From Arenicellales bacterium (GTDB taxonomy: Bacteria; Pseudomonadota; Gammaproteobacteria; Arenicellales; Poriferihabitantaceae), in the NCBI GenBank assembly GCA_963457535.1, contig OY734803.1:489398-553397 (forward strand): a stretch of 64,000 nt of DNA, read 5' to 3'. The notes beneath the pieces were generated by a model. That model was not told the origin of the DNA. It did not search any database and worked only from the letters and a program-made list of their open reading frames with translations. The position numbers and the translations under genes are program-made. Numbering within the stretch: the stretch's first letter is position 1; each line of letters opens with the position of its first letter. Positions 25,419 through 34,264 of this stretch are shown piece after piece.

Positions 25419-25447
25419 AGCGGCGCGGAAACGCGCCGCTTTTTTTT
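25419..25447 (+). terminator. rho-independent terminator/attenuator between binding-protein and ATPase genes
   Basis: Perfect 9-bp stem AGCGGCGCG / CGCGCCGCT with a GAAA tetraloop, followed by T8 (25440-25447). Confidence 0.8.
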
Positions 25448-25466
25448 GCGGCGCGGGGATTTCCCT

Positions 25467-26564
25467 GTGCATGACGAAGCCAAAACCGGCGCGGGCGGCG
25501 CGCTGCCCATCCGCGTGCGCGGCGCGACCAAAATCTACGGCGCGGTGCGCGCGCTCGACCGCATAGACCTGGATGTGCGCAGCGGGGAATTTTTGACGCT
25601 GCTGGGGCCGTCCGGCTCGGGCAAGACCACGCTGCTCATGGTGCTCGCCGGCTTCACCCGCCCGGATTCGGGCAGCGTGCGCTTCGGCGAGCGCGAGATG
25701 ATTCGCACGCCGCCGCACCGCCGCGAAGTCGGCATGGTGTTCCAAAACTACGCGCTGTTTCCGCACATGGATGTCGCCGGCAACATCGCCTTCCCGCTGC
25801 GCCTGCGCGGCGTCGGCCGGGCGCGGCAAAAAGAGCACGTGGATGCCGCGCTCGCCACCGTGCAGTTGGAGGGCTTCGGCGGGCGGCGCATCACGCAGTT
25901 GTCCGGCGGGCAAAAGCAGCGCGTCGCGCTGGCGCGCGCGATCGTCTTTGAGCCGCGCATTTTGCTGATGGACGAGCCGCTGTCGGCGCTCGACAAAAAA
26001 CTGCGCGAGCACATGCAGATTGAACTGCGCCGGCTGCATGAAAAACTCGGCATGACCACCGTGTATGTGACCCACGACCAGCGCGAGGCGCTGACCATGT
26101 CCGACCGCGTCGCGGTCATCAACCACGGCCGCCTCGCGCAGCTGGACGAGCCGCGCGCGCTCTACGAGCGGCCGGCGACTCCGTTCGTCGCCAACTTCAT
26201 CGGCGAATCCGCGCTCCTTCCGGTGGAGGAAAGCGGCGGCGAATACCGCTACGACGGCGAGGTTCTGCGCATGGAAACCCCGTCGCGCGGCGAGTTGCTG
26301 CTGCTGCGCCCGGAGCAACTGGTGCTGCTGCCGGACGGCGCGCCGGACGCCGGCGAATACAACCGCTTTCGCGGCACGGTCGGCGAAGTGGTCTACCAGG
26401 GCGAAAGTTTCATCACCTATGTGCGGCTGAAAGGCGGCGCCGAAATCGCGGTGCGCAGCGTCAGCCGGCGGCGCGCGCTGGCCGAAGCGCCGGAGCGCGG
26501 CAGCGAGGTGCTGCTGGGGCTGCACCCGAGCGAAACCACGCTCATTCCGGGGCGCGAAAAATGA
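25467..26564 (+). CDS. ABC transporter ATP-binding protein, PotA-like
   Basis: Walker A GPSGSGKTT, signature LSGGQKQRVALARA, Walker B LLMDEPLSALD. GTG 25467 preferred because the track TTG 25446 lies inside the terminator T-tract. Confidence 0.85.
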   Translation: MHDEAKTGAGGALPIRVRGATKIYGAVRALDRIDLDVRSGEFLTLLGPSGSGKTTLLMVLAGFTRPDSGSVRFGEREMIRTPPHRREVGMVFQNYALFPHMDVAGNIAFPLRLRGVGRARQKEHVDAALATVQLEGFGGRRITQLSGGQKQRVALARAIVFEPRILLMDEPLSALDKKLREHMQIELRRLHEKLGMTTVYVTHDQREALTMSDRVAVINHGRLAQLDEPRALYERPATPFVANFIGESALLPVEESGGEYRYDGEVLRMETPSRGELLLLRPEQLVLLPDGAPDAGEYNRFRGTVGEVVYQGESFITYVRLKGGAEIAVRSVSRRRALAEAPERGSEVLLGLHPSETTLIPGREK

Positions 26565-27439
26565 CCGCGCCGCACGCCGCCGAACTGCGCCGCGACGAGG
26601 CGCGCGAAAAGTGGATGCTGTTCGGGCTGGCCGCGCCGGCAGCGGCGCTGGTGGTCGCGGTCATCATCGTTCCGGTCGGCTGGCTGTTCTGGCTTTCGCT
26701 GTTCAACGACGCCGGCGAATTGTCGGCCGACAATTACGCGCGCATGCTCGCGAGCAAGTCCTACACGCGCATCTTCACCACGACCTTCAAGGTCAGTTTG
26801 CTGACCACCGCGCTGTGCGTGCTGCTCGGTTACCCGCTCGCGTATTTTTTGGCGCAACTGCCGAGGCGCTGGGCCGCGCTCGGCATGATGGCGGTGCTGC
26901 TTCCGTTTTGGACTTCGCTGCTGGTGCGCACCTATGCGTGGCTGGTGGTGCTGCAGCGCAAGGGGCTGATCAACCAGTGGGGCATGGAACTCGGACTGTG
27001 GGACGCGCCGCTGCGCCTCGCGCATAATTTGAACGGCACGCTCATCGGCATGGCGCACATCATGCTGCCGTTTCTGGTGCTGCCGCTCTACGCCGCGATG
27101 AAGGCGATAGACGCCGACTACATTCGCGCCGCGGCGAACCTCGGCGCGGCGCCGGCGAGCGCGTTTCGGCATGTGTTTTTTCCGCTGTCGCTGCCGGGCC
27201 TGTTCGCCGGCGTGACCATCGTCTTCGTGCTGTGCCTCGGATTTTTTGTCACGCCGGCGGTGCTCGGCGGCGGCAAGGTCATCATGGTCTCCATGAAAAT
27301 TGAGACGCTGGTGGATTTGTTCTTCAACTTCGGCACCGCGAGCGCGCTCGGCGTGGTGCTGCTCGCGCTGACGCTGCTGGTTTTGTTCGCCGCGCACAAA
27401 CTGCTGCGGCTGGACAAAGTGCTCGGCGGGGGCGCGTAA
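26561..27439 (+). CDS. ABC transporter permease, PotB-like
   Basis: 292 aa, multi-TM. 4-nt overlap with the ATPase gene. Binding-protein-dependent transport inner-membrane pattern. Confidence 0.85.
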   Translation: MTAPHAAELRRDEAREKWMLFGLAAPAAALVVAVIIVPVGWLFWLSLFNDAGELSADNYARMLASKSYTRIFTTTFKVSLLTTALCVLLGYPLAYFLAQLPRRWAALGMMAVLLPFWTSLLVRTYAWLVVLQRKGLINQWGMELGLWDAPLRLAHNLNGTLIGMAHIMLPFLVLPLYAAMKAIDADYIRAAANLGAAPASAFRHVFFPLSLPGLFAGVTIVFVLCLGFFVTPAVLGGGKVIMVSMKIETLVDLFFNFGTASALGVVLLALTLLVLFAAHKLLRLDKVLGGGA

Positions 27440-27442
27440 AAA

Positions 27443-28285
27443 ATGCCGCGCCCCGCATTAAACTGGCTGGCGCGCCCGGCCTCCGACACCCAGATCACGC
27501 ACCGCGGCCGGCTGTGGCTGTATTTTCTGGCCGGCGCGGTCATCGTTTTTCTGGTCATCCCGACGCTGATCGTCATCCCGATGTCGTTTTCGGCGTCGCA
27601 GTATCTGGAGTTCCCGCCGCGCGAGTGGTCGTCCCGGTGGTATGACAACTACTTCAACTCGCGCGAATGGATGAACGCGACCTGGGTTTCGGTGCGCGCC
27701 GCGCTGCTCACGGTGCTGGTGGTCACCCCCATCGCCACCATGGCCGCCTACGGCCTCGCCGTCTCGCGCGTCAAAGCCGCGCGCTGGCTGTTTCTGCTGC
27801 TCATCACGCCGATGATGGTGCCGGTGATACTGGTCGCCATCGGCGTGTTCTTCGCCTACACGCATCTGCGCCTGAACAACACCATGCTCGGCCTGGTGCT
27901 CGCGCATTCCGCGCTCGCGCTGCCGATGTCGCTGATCGTCATCGCCGCCGGGCTGAAGAGTTACGACATGAACCAGGAACTGGTCGCGCGCAGCCTCGGC
28001 GCGCCGCGCCTGCTCGCTTTTCTGGTCATCACCCTCCCGCAAATCCGCTTCTCGGTGATCACCGGCGCGCTGCTTGCGTTCATCGTTTCTTTTGACGAAG
28101 TCATAGTCGCGCTGTTCATTTCCGGGCGCGACATGTCCACCATCACGCGCAGCATGTTCCTCGCGCTGCGCGACCAAATCGACCCGACCATCGCGGCGAT
28201 TTCCACGGTGATGATCATCATCACCAGCGCGGCGCTGGTAATCGCCCAGGTATTCGGCAAGTCCAAGGAGCCCGGGGAGGAATAG
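27443..28285 (+). CDS. ABC transporter permease, PotC-like
   Basis: 280 aa, multi-TM. EAA-like loop region ELVARSLGAPRLLAFLVITLPQI. Confidence 0.85.
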   Translation: MPRPALNWLARPASDTQITHRGRLWLYFLAGAVIVFLVIPTLIVIPMSFSASQYLEFPPREWSSRWYDNYFNSREWMNATWVSVRAALLTVLVVTPIATMAAYGLAVSRVKAARWLFLLLITPMMVPVILVAIGVFFAYTHLRLNNTMLGLVLAHSALALPMSLIVIAAGLKSYDMNQELVARSLGAPRLLAFLVITLPQIRFSVITGALLAFIVSFDEVIVALFISGRDMSTITRSMFLALRDQIDPTIAAISTVMIIITSAALVIAQVFGKSKEPGEE

Positions 28286-28326
28286 CCGCCCGCCCGCATT
28301 TCCCGGCGCGCCGGAACCGGCGGCGG

Positions 28327-29379
28327 TTATTCCGGTTTCATCCGCGCGCCATGCCGGTCGAAGAAATGCACATCCGCGCCGTCAAAGTCAAGCCGCACCG
28401 TCTCATCGGGGGCGCGCGCGGCGCGGCTGTTGTCCGGCACGGCAATGACATCGCCCGACTCCATTTGCACATGCAGGATGGTGTACGCCCCCAAAGGCTC
28501 GTTAAAAATCACGCGCCCTTCGATTTTTCCGGCGTTTTCCGCGGCCAGGGAAATTTTTTCCGGGCGAATGCCGATGGTGGCCGCGGCTGTTTTGGCCGGC
28601 CGCGGCGGCGCGCCAAAAGCGGCAAGGTCGGCCCCGCGCAGCGCTTCGGCGCGAATAAAATTCATCGGCGGCGCGCCCATGAAACCGCCGACAAATTTGC
28701 TCGCCGGGCGGTTGTAAATTTCAGCGGGGCCGCCGACCTGTTCAATCACCCCTTGGTTCATCACCACCACGCGGTCGGCGAGAGTCATGGCTTCCACCTG
28801 GTCGTGGGTCACATACACCGTGGTTACGTCGAGTTTGTTTTGCAGCGACTTGATTTCCAGCCGCATCTGTCCGCGCAGCCTCGCGTCCAGATTGGACAGC
28901 GGCTCGTCAAACAAAAACACCGCCGGCTCGCGCACGATTGCACGCCCCATCGCAACGCGCTGCCGCTGGCCGCCCGACAAATCCCCCGGTTTGCTTGCAA
29001 GCAGCGGCGTCAGTTGCAGCAATTCCGCGGCATGCTCGACGCGCCTGCGAATTTCTTCGGCCGGCACTTTTGCGATCTTCAGCCCGTATGCCATGTTCCG
29101 AAAAACGCTCATGTGCGGGTACAACGCATAGTTCTGAAACACCATGGCGATGTTGCGCTCCATCGGCTCCAGTTCGTTCACGCGCTTCCCCGCGATTGCA
29201 ATCTCCCCCTGCGTGATCTTTTCCAGCCCGGCGATCATGCGCAGCAGGGTGGATTTTCCGCACCCGGACGGGCCGACAATGACGATGAACTCGCCGTCGG
29301 CGATGTCAAGGTCAATGCCGTGCAAAACCTCGGCTTTGCCGTAGGTTTTTTTGGCGCTTGTGATTCGGATTCCGGCCAC
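28327..29379 (-). CDS. ugpC: sn-glycerol-3-phosphate ABC transporter ATP-binding protein
   Basis: 350 aa. Walker [24 protein letters not shown], Walker [12 protein letters not shown]. MalK/UgpC-type C-terminal regulatory domain. Last gene of the ugpBAEC order. Confidence 0.85.
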   Translation of the reverse strand: MAGIRITSAKKTYGKAEVLHGIDLDIADGEFIVIVGPSGCGKSTLLRMIAGLEKITQGEIAIAGKRVNELEPMERNIAMVFQNYALYPHMSVFRNMAYGLKIAKVPAEEIRRRVEHAAELLQLTPLLASKPGDLSGGQRQRVAMGRAIVREPAVFLFDEPLSNLDARLRGQMRLEIKSLQNKLDVTTVYVTHDQVEAMTLADRVVVMNQGVIEQVGGPAEIYNRPASKFVGGFMGAPPMNFIRAEALRGADLAAFGAPPRPAKTAAATIGIRPEKISLAAENAGKIEGRVIFNEPLGAYTILHVQMESGDVIAVPDNSRAARAPDETVRLDFDGADVHFFDRHGARMKPE

Positions 29380-29382
29380 GGC

Positions 29383-30228
29383 CTATTTTTCGCTGTCAAT
29401 CAGCCCCTTGATAAACAGCCGCTGCATGCCGATGACCACGCAAACCGGCGGCAGCATCGCCAGCATGGTGGTCGCCATGATGACCGGCCAGTCGGCGATG
29501 TCATCGCCGGAGGGAAACATCTGTTTGATTCCCATGACGATGGTGTTCATTTCCGGCTCGGTGGTGATCAGCAGGGGCCACAAGTACTGGTTCCACCCGT
29601 ATATGAACAGAATGACAAAGAGCGCGGCGATGTTGGTGCGCGACATCGGCAGCACGATGTCCCAAAAAAAGCGCATGGGCGAGGCGCCGTCAACGCGCGC
29701 CGCCTCGGCCAGTTCATTCGGGATGGTCATAAAAAACTGGCGGAAAAAGAAAGTCGCCGTCGCCGAGGCGATCAGCGGAAAGATCAGCCCGGCATAACTG
29801 TTCAGCAGGCCGAAACCGGCGACCACCTCAAAAGTCGGTACGATGCGCACTTCCACCGGCAGCATCAAGGTGACAAAAATCGCCCAGAAAAAAAACATCC
29901 GCAACGGGAAGCGAAAATAGACGATGGCAAAGGCCGAGACGATGGATATCGCGAGTTTCCCGGCGGTGATGCCGAGCGCCATGACGGTGGAATTGTAAAG
30001 CATGCGCCACACCGGAATGTTAACGCCGGCCTTCAGTGCGGCCGCGTAATTCTCCCAAAGCCGGTCTCCGGGGAACATCGGAAGCGGCGGCCGGGCAATT
30101 TCGTCATGGCTCACGCTTGAGGCGACGAAGATGATGTACAGGGGAAAGCAGGTGACCAGCACGCCCGCGAGCAAGCCGGCATGCGTCAGCAAAAATCCCC
30201 CGGTGCGCCGCCCGTTTGCCGGCCGCAT
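29383..30228 (-). CDS. ugpE: sn-glycerol-3-phosphate ABC transporter permease
   Basis: 281 aa, multi-TM. EAA loop ELAEAARVDGASPMRFFWDIVLP. Position within the ugp operon. Confidence 0.85.
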   Translation of the reverse strand: MRPANGRRTGGFLLTHAGLLAGVLVTCFPLYIIFVASSVSHDEIARPPLPMFPGDRLWENYAAALKAGVNIPVWRMLYNSTVMALGITAGKLAISIVSAFAIVYFRFPLRMFFFWAIFVTLMLPVEVRIVPTFEVVAGFGLLNSYAGLIFPLIASATATFFFRQFFMTIPNELAEAARVDGASPMRFFWDIVLPMSRTNIAALFVILFIYGWNQYLWPLLITTEPEMNTIVMGIKQMFPSGDDIADWPVIMATTMLAMLPPVCVVIGMQRLFIKGLIDSEK

Positions 30229-31109
30229 CAGTAATGCACCTTTTTCTCAATGTAGCGGAACTGCACGACCGTCAGCGCGCCGACCAAAAACAGCAGCACC
30301 ACGGACTGCGCCGCCGAAGAGCCGATGTCCTGCCCGACAAATCCGTCCGCGTACACTTTGTACACCAGCGTGGTGGTCGCCTGCTGCGGGCCGCCGGAGG
30401 TGATGGTATGGATGACCCCGAAGGTGTCAAAAAAAGCGTAGATGACATTCACCACCAGCAAAAAAAATGTGGTGGGTGAAAGCAGCGGAAAAACGATGGT
30501 GGCAAAGCGCCGCCAGAAACCCGCGCCGTCAATCGCGGCCGCCTCCAGCAAACTTTTGGGGATGGCCTGCAGCCCGGCGAGAAAAAACAAAAAGTTGTAA
30601 CTGATTTGTTTCCAGGCGGAAGCGGCCGCGACCAGCGCCATTGCCTGGCCGCCGTTCAGCACATAATTCCACTGGTAGCCGGCCTGCTCCAGATACCAGC
30701 TCAGCGCGCCGACGCCGGGCCTGAACATAAACATCCAAGTTACTCCGGCGACCGCGGGGGCGACCGCGTAGGGCCAAATCAGCAGCGTGCGATACGCGTT
30801 GTCGCCGTGAATCAGCCGGTCCGCGAGGAGCGCCAGCCACAGCGCCAACCCCATGGCGAACAGCGTGACCAGTCCGGAAAAAACCAGCGTTGTTTGAAAC
30901 GACGCCAGATAGTAGGGGTCCAGAAACAAAAATTTAAAATTCGCAAAGCCGACAAACGACGACTTCAGCCCGAACGGGTCGGTCACGAAAACGGACTGGT
31001 ACAGGGCCTGCGCCGCCGGATAAAAGAAAAACACGCAGGTGACAACCAGCTGCGGCGCGAGCAGCAAATAGGGAAGAAACCGGGCGTTAAAAACCACCTG
31101 CCGCTGCAT
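30228..31109 (-). CDS. ugpA: sn-glycerol-3-phosphate ABC transporter permease
   Basis: 293 aa, multi-TM. EAA loop [22 protein letters not shown]. 1-nt overlap with ugpE. Confidence 0.85.
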   Translation of the reverse strand: MQRQVVFNARFLPYLLLAPQLVVTCVFFFYPAAQALYQSVFVTDPFGLKSSFVGFANFKFLFLDPYYLASFQTTLVFSGLVTLFAMGLALWLALLADRLIHGDNAYRTLLIWPYAVAPAVAGVTWMFMFRPGVGALSWYLEQAGYQWNYVLNGGQAMALVAAASAWKQISYNFLFFLAGLQAIPKSLLEAAAIDGAGFWRRFATIVFPLLSPTTFFLLVVNVIYAFFDTFGVIHTITSGGPQQATTTLVYKVYADGFVGQDIGSSAAQSVVLLFLVGALTVVQFRYIEKKVHY

Positions 31110-31148
31110 TTTTAAAGCCCGGGTTTTTCGCCTTGAAAAAGCGGGGGT

Positions 31149-31169
31149 GCCGCCGTCTGAAGCGGCGGC
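31149..31169 (-). terminator. possible intercistronic hairpin/attenuator between ugpB and ugpA
   Basis: 7-bp GC stem (GCCGCCG / CGGCGGC) with a 7-nt loop. On the minus strand a U5 run follows, but only after 8 nt, so it is not a canonical terminator. Confidence 0.3.
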
Positions 31170-31187
31170 GGTTTTGCGCGCCCGGCG

Positions 31188-32501
31188 CTATTTGTTCGCC
31201 GATTCAAAACGGCGCAACAGGGCGTTCCCGCGCTTTACCGCGCTGTTCAGCGCCGCGCGCGCGCTTTTCTCCCCGGCCCAGACGGATTCCAACTCCTCAT
31301 CTATCAAGCCGCGGATTTGGTCAAAGTTTCCCAAGCGCAGCCCTTTTGAGTTGCTGGTCGGGGCTTTTTCGGTCATCTGAATGATCGCGATGTCGGTGCC
31401 GGGGTTTTTCTTGTAAAACCCTTCGGCCACGGTCTGCTCATAGGCGTCCAGCGTGATCGGCAAATAGCCGGTGTCCTGGTGCCACTTCGCCTGAATGTCG
31501 GAAGTGGAAAGGAAACTCAGAAACTCCCCGACTCCGCGGTATTCCCGCCGCGAATGGCCGCTCAGCACCCACAGCGACGAGCCGCCGATGATGGTGTTTC
31601 GCGGGGCGCCGGAAACCGACGGCCAATACGGAAGCGGGCGAATTTCAAACGCAAAATTCGCCTCCTTCTTGATGCCCGCGTAGCCGGCCGAAGACTCGGT
31701 GAAAAACGCGCATTCGCCGGCGCGGAAATTCGCGCCCCCTTCATTGCGCCGGCCGGCGTAAAAAAACTTGCCCTCTTTCGCCCAGCGCCCCATCGCGCTG
31801 ATGTGCGCGATTTGCGCGTCTCCGTTGAACGCCAACTCGGTGTCAAGCGCGCGAAAACCGTTTTCCTTGGTGGCGAACGGCACATCGTGGTAGGCGGAAA
31901 AATTTTCCAAATGCACCCAACTTTGCCAGGCGGTGGTCAGCGGGCACTTGTGGCCGGAGGCCTTAAGCCGGTCGAGCGCGTCTTCCACCTTGTTCCAAGT
32001 GGACAGGTCGGCCTTCGGGTCAATGCCGGCCGATTTCAGCGCGTCGACATTGACATACAGCACCGGCGTTGAAGAGTTGTAGGGCAGCGACAGCATTTTT
32101 CCGGCCGGCGTGGTGTAGTACCCTTTCACCGGCGCAAGATACCCGTCCGGGTCAAAGTCCGCGCCGCTTTGTTCCATGACTTCATACACGGGTTTTACCG
32201 CGCCCTTCGCCGCCATCATGGTCGCCGTGCCCACTTCAAACACCATCAGGATGTGCGGGTGCTCCTTGGCGCGGAACGCGGCGATGCCCGCGTTCAAAGT
32301 TTCCGAGTAATTCCCCTTGTGGGAACTCACCACCACATACTCCGACTGCGCGGCATTAAACCGCTCCACTTGCTCGGCCAGCAATTCGCCGAGGCGGCCG
32401 GAGAACGCATGCCACCAGTGAATTTCGGTCGCGGCCGCGGCGGCGCCGCCGGAAGACGCACAGATGACAGCGCTTACCAAAAGGGTTTTGATGAATTTCA
32501 T
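31188..32501 (-). CDS. ugpB: sn-glycerol-3-phosphate-binding periplasmic protein
   Basis: Strongly collinear with UgpB (EVGTATMMAAKGAVKPVYEVM, GLRLGNFDQIRGLIDEELESVWAG, RGNALLRRFE). ATG 32501 with GAGGAG 7 nt upstream. The track start TTG 32516 overlaps that SD. Confidence 0.9.
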   Translation of the reverse strand: MKFIKTLLVSAVICASSGGAAAAATEIHWWHAFSGRLGELLAEQVERFNAAQSEYVVVSSHKGNYSETLNAGIAAFRAKEHPHILMVFEVGTATMMAAKGAVKPVYEVMEQSGADFDPDGYLAPVKGYYTTPAGKMLSLPYNSSTPVLYVNVDALKSAGIDPKADLSTWNKVEDALDRLKASGHKCPLTTAWQSWVHLENFSAYHDVPFATKENGFRALDTELAFNGDAQIAHISAMGRWAKEGKFFYAGRRNEGGANFRAGECAFFTESSAGYAGIKKEANFAFEIRPLPYWPSVSGAPRNTIIGGSSLWVLSGHSRREYRGVGEFLSFLSTSDIQAKWHQDTGYLPITLDAYEQTVAEGFYKKNPGTDIAIIQMTEKAPTSNSKGLRLGNFDQIRGLIDEELESVWAGEKSARAALNSAVKRGNALLRRFESANK

Positions 32502-32795
32502 TGTCTGACTCCTCAAAATAAAATGGAACGGAATTTTCTTGGAAATACTTCGGCGCCGCTCGGCGCGAAGCGCAAATATGCGTCAAGAATATTGCATGGC
32601 GAAATTATTTGTCAAGCGCTTTTTGGCGAAATTGCGCGCCGCCCGGGGTTTTCGCAACATTATATTTTGGGGGAAATTTGCCGGTATTTCGCGCTTGCCG
32701 GGCGGAATGCGCGGGAGTTTTTCCGCCGGTCCGCCCGTCAACATTAACACATTATAATGCGCCAACATCCATGCCCCGGTAAACACAGGACTGCA

Positions 32796-34160
32796 ATGAC
32801 CCTCACCACCGAAAAACTCCGCGCGCTTGACCGCGCGCATCATCTCCACCCGTTCACCAACCACCATCGCCTGCGCGAAGGCGGGGCGCGGATTATCACC
32901 GGCGCGGAAGGCGTGCATGTGCGCGACTCGGACGGCAAGCGCTACCTGGACATGATGTCCGGATTGTGGTGCGTCAACATCGGCTACGGGCGCGGCGAAC
33001 TGGCGCGCGCGGCCGCGGCGCAGATGGAGGAATTGCCCTACTACAACAGTTTCTTTCAGACCGCGCAATTGCCGGCGGTGCAACTCGCCGAGGCGCTCGC
33101 CGAAGTGACGCCGCCGCAATACAACCGCGCCTTCTTCGGCACCTCCGGCTCCGACGCCAACGACACCATCGTGCGGCTCGCGCGCTATTACTGGCAGGCG
33201 CAAGGGGAGAAGCGCGAATTCATCATCAGCCGCCGCAACGCCTACCACGGCAGCACCGTGGCCGCCTCCAGCCTCGGCGGCATGGCGGCGATGCACGCGC
33301 AGGGCGGGCCGCTGATTCCCGGAGTCGCGCACATCGCGCAACCGTATTATTTCGCGCACCGCCAGAGCGGCGGCGAATTGTCCGAGGAGGAATTCGCGCT
33401 GCAAACCGCGAGCGCATTGGAGGAAAAAATTTTGGAACTCGGCGCCGAACGCGTCGCCGCGTTCATCGCCGAGCCGATTCAGGGCGCGGGCGGCGTGGTC
33501 ATTCCGCACCGCGCGTATTGGCCGGAGATTCAGCGCATCTGCAAAAAACACGGCATCCTGCTGGCCGTGGACGAAGTCATCTGCGGCTTCGGGCGCACCG
33601 GCGAATGGTTCGGCTCGGACGCGTTCGCCATTGAAGGCGATTTGATGACGCTGGCGAAAGGCCTGTCCTCCGGCTACCAGCCGCTGAGCGCGGTGATGGT
33701 GTCCGATCGCGTTGCCGCCGCGCTGGACCGCGACGACGAATTCAGCCACGGCTACACCTATTCCGGCCACCCGGTGGCGTGCGCGGTCGCGCTGGAAAAC
33801 ATCCGCATCCTGCGCGACGAGCGCATCATTGAAACCGCGCGCGGCGGCGTGATGGCGCACCTGCACGCCGGCATGCAAACCCTCGCCGAACACCCGCTGG
33901 TCGGCGAGGCGCGCATCACCGGCTTCATCGGCGCGCTGGAATTGGTCGCCGACAAATCCGGCAACCGCCCCTTTGAAAAATCCGCGCAGGCCGGCGTGCG
34001 CTGCCGCGACATTTGCTTTGACAACGGCCTGGTAATGCGCGCCGTCGGCGACACCATGGTGCTCGCCCCGCCGCTGGTGATTCGGCGCGAGGATGTGGAG
34101 GAGTTCATGGAAAAAGCCGGGCGGAGTTTGGACGAAACGCAAAAAGCGCTGTCGGGGTGA
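32796..34160 (+). CDS. class-III (omega) aminotransferase, SpuC / putrescine- or beta-alanine-pyruvate transaminase-like
   Basis: ATG 32796 with AGGA 5 nt upstream. Motifs FGTSGSDANDTIVRLAR, DEVICGFGRTGEWFG, LAKGLSSGYQPL (PLP lysine), YTYSGHPVACA. Confidence 0.85.
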   Translation: MTLTTEKLRALDRAHHLHPFTNHHRLREGGARIITGAEGVHVRDSDGKRYLDMMSGLWCVNIGYGRGELARAAAAQMEELPYYNSFFQTAQLPAVQLAEALAEVTPPQYNRAFFGTSGSDANDTIVRLARYYWQAQGEKREFIISRRNAYHGSTVAASSLGGMAAMHAQGGPLIPGVAHIAQPYYFAHRQSGGELSEEEFALQTASALEEKILELGAERVAAFIAEPIQGAGGVVIPHRAYWPEIQRICKKHGILLAVDEVICGFGRTGEWFGSDAFAIEGDLMTLAKGLSSGYQPLSAVMVSDRVAAALDRDDEFSHGYTYSGHPVACAVALENIRILRDERIIETARGGVMAHLHAGMQTLAEHPLVGEARITGFIGALELVADKSGNRPFEKSAQAGVRCRDICFDNGLVMRAVGDTMVLAPPLVIRREDVEEFMEKAGRSLDETQKALSG

Positions 34161-34264
34161 GTTGGCGGTTTGCGGGGGGATGTGCGTTCGCCGCATCGGG
34201 GTTGGGGGCGGATTGTGTATAATCCCGCCTTGATTTGCGTTTCAATTACCAACGGAGTAGATCC

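Noticed and set aside
23673-26525. 950-aa minus-strand ORF. Similar long shadows occur at 5684-8035 (-), 3708-5291 (-), 43039-45582 (-), 48802-50763 (+), 51319-52959 (+), 28351-30120 (+), 12472-14043 (-), 20299-21837 (-), 32583-34196 (-) and 9887-11080 (+)
   Set aside because: These are typical high-GC antisense open frames. They are R/A/G/H-rich with no recognisable motifs, and each lies opposite a gene with strong family signatures.
32539-32757. 72-aa + strand ORF in the ugpB / aminotransferase intergenic region
   Set aside because: It is arginine-rich with no SD and lies in a regulatory-looking AT-richer region, so it is probably not coding.
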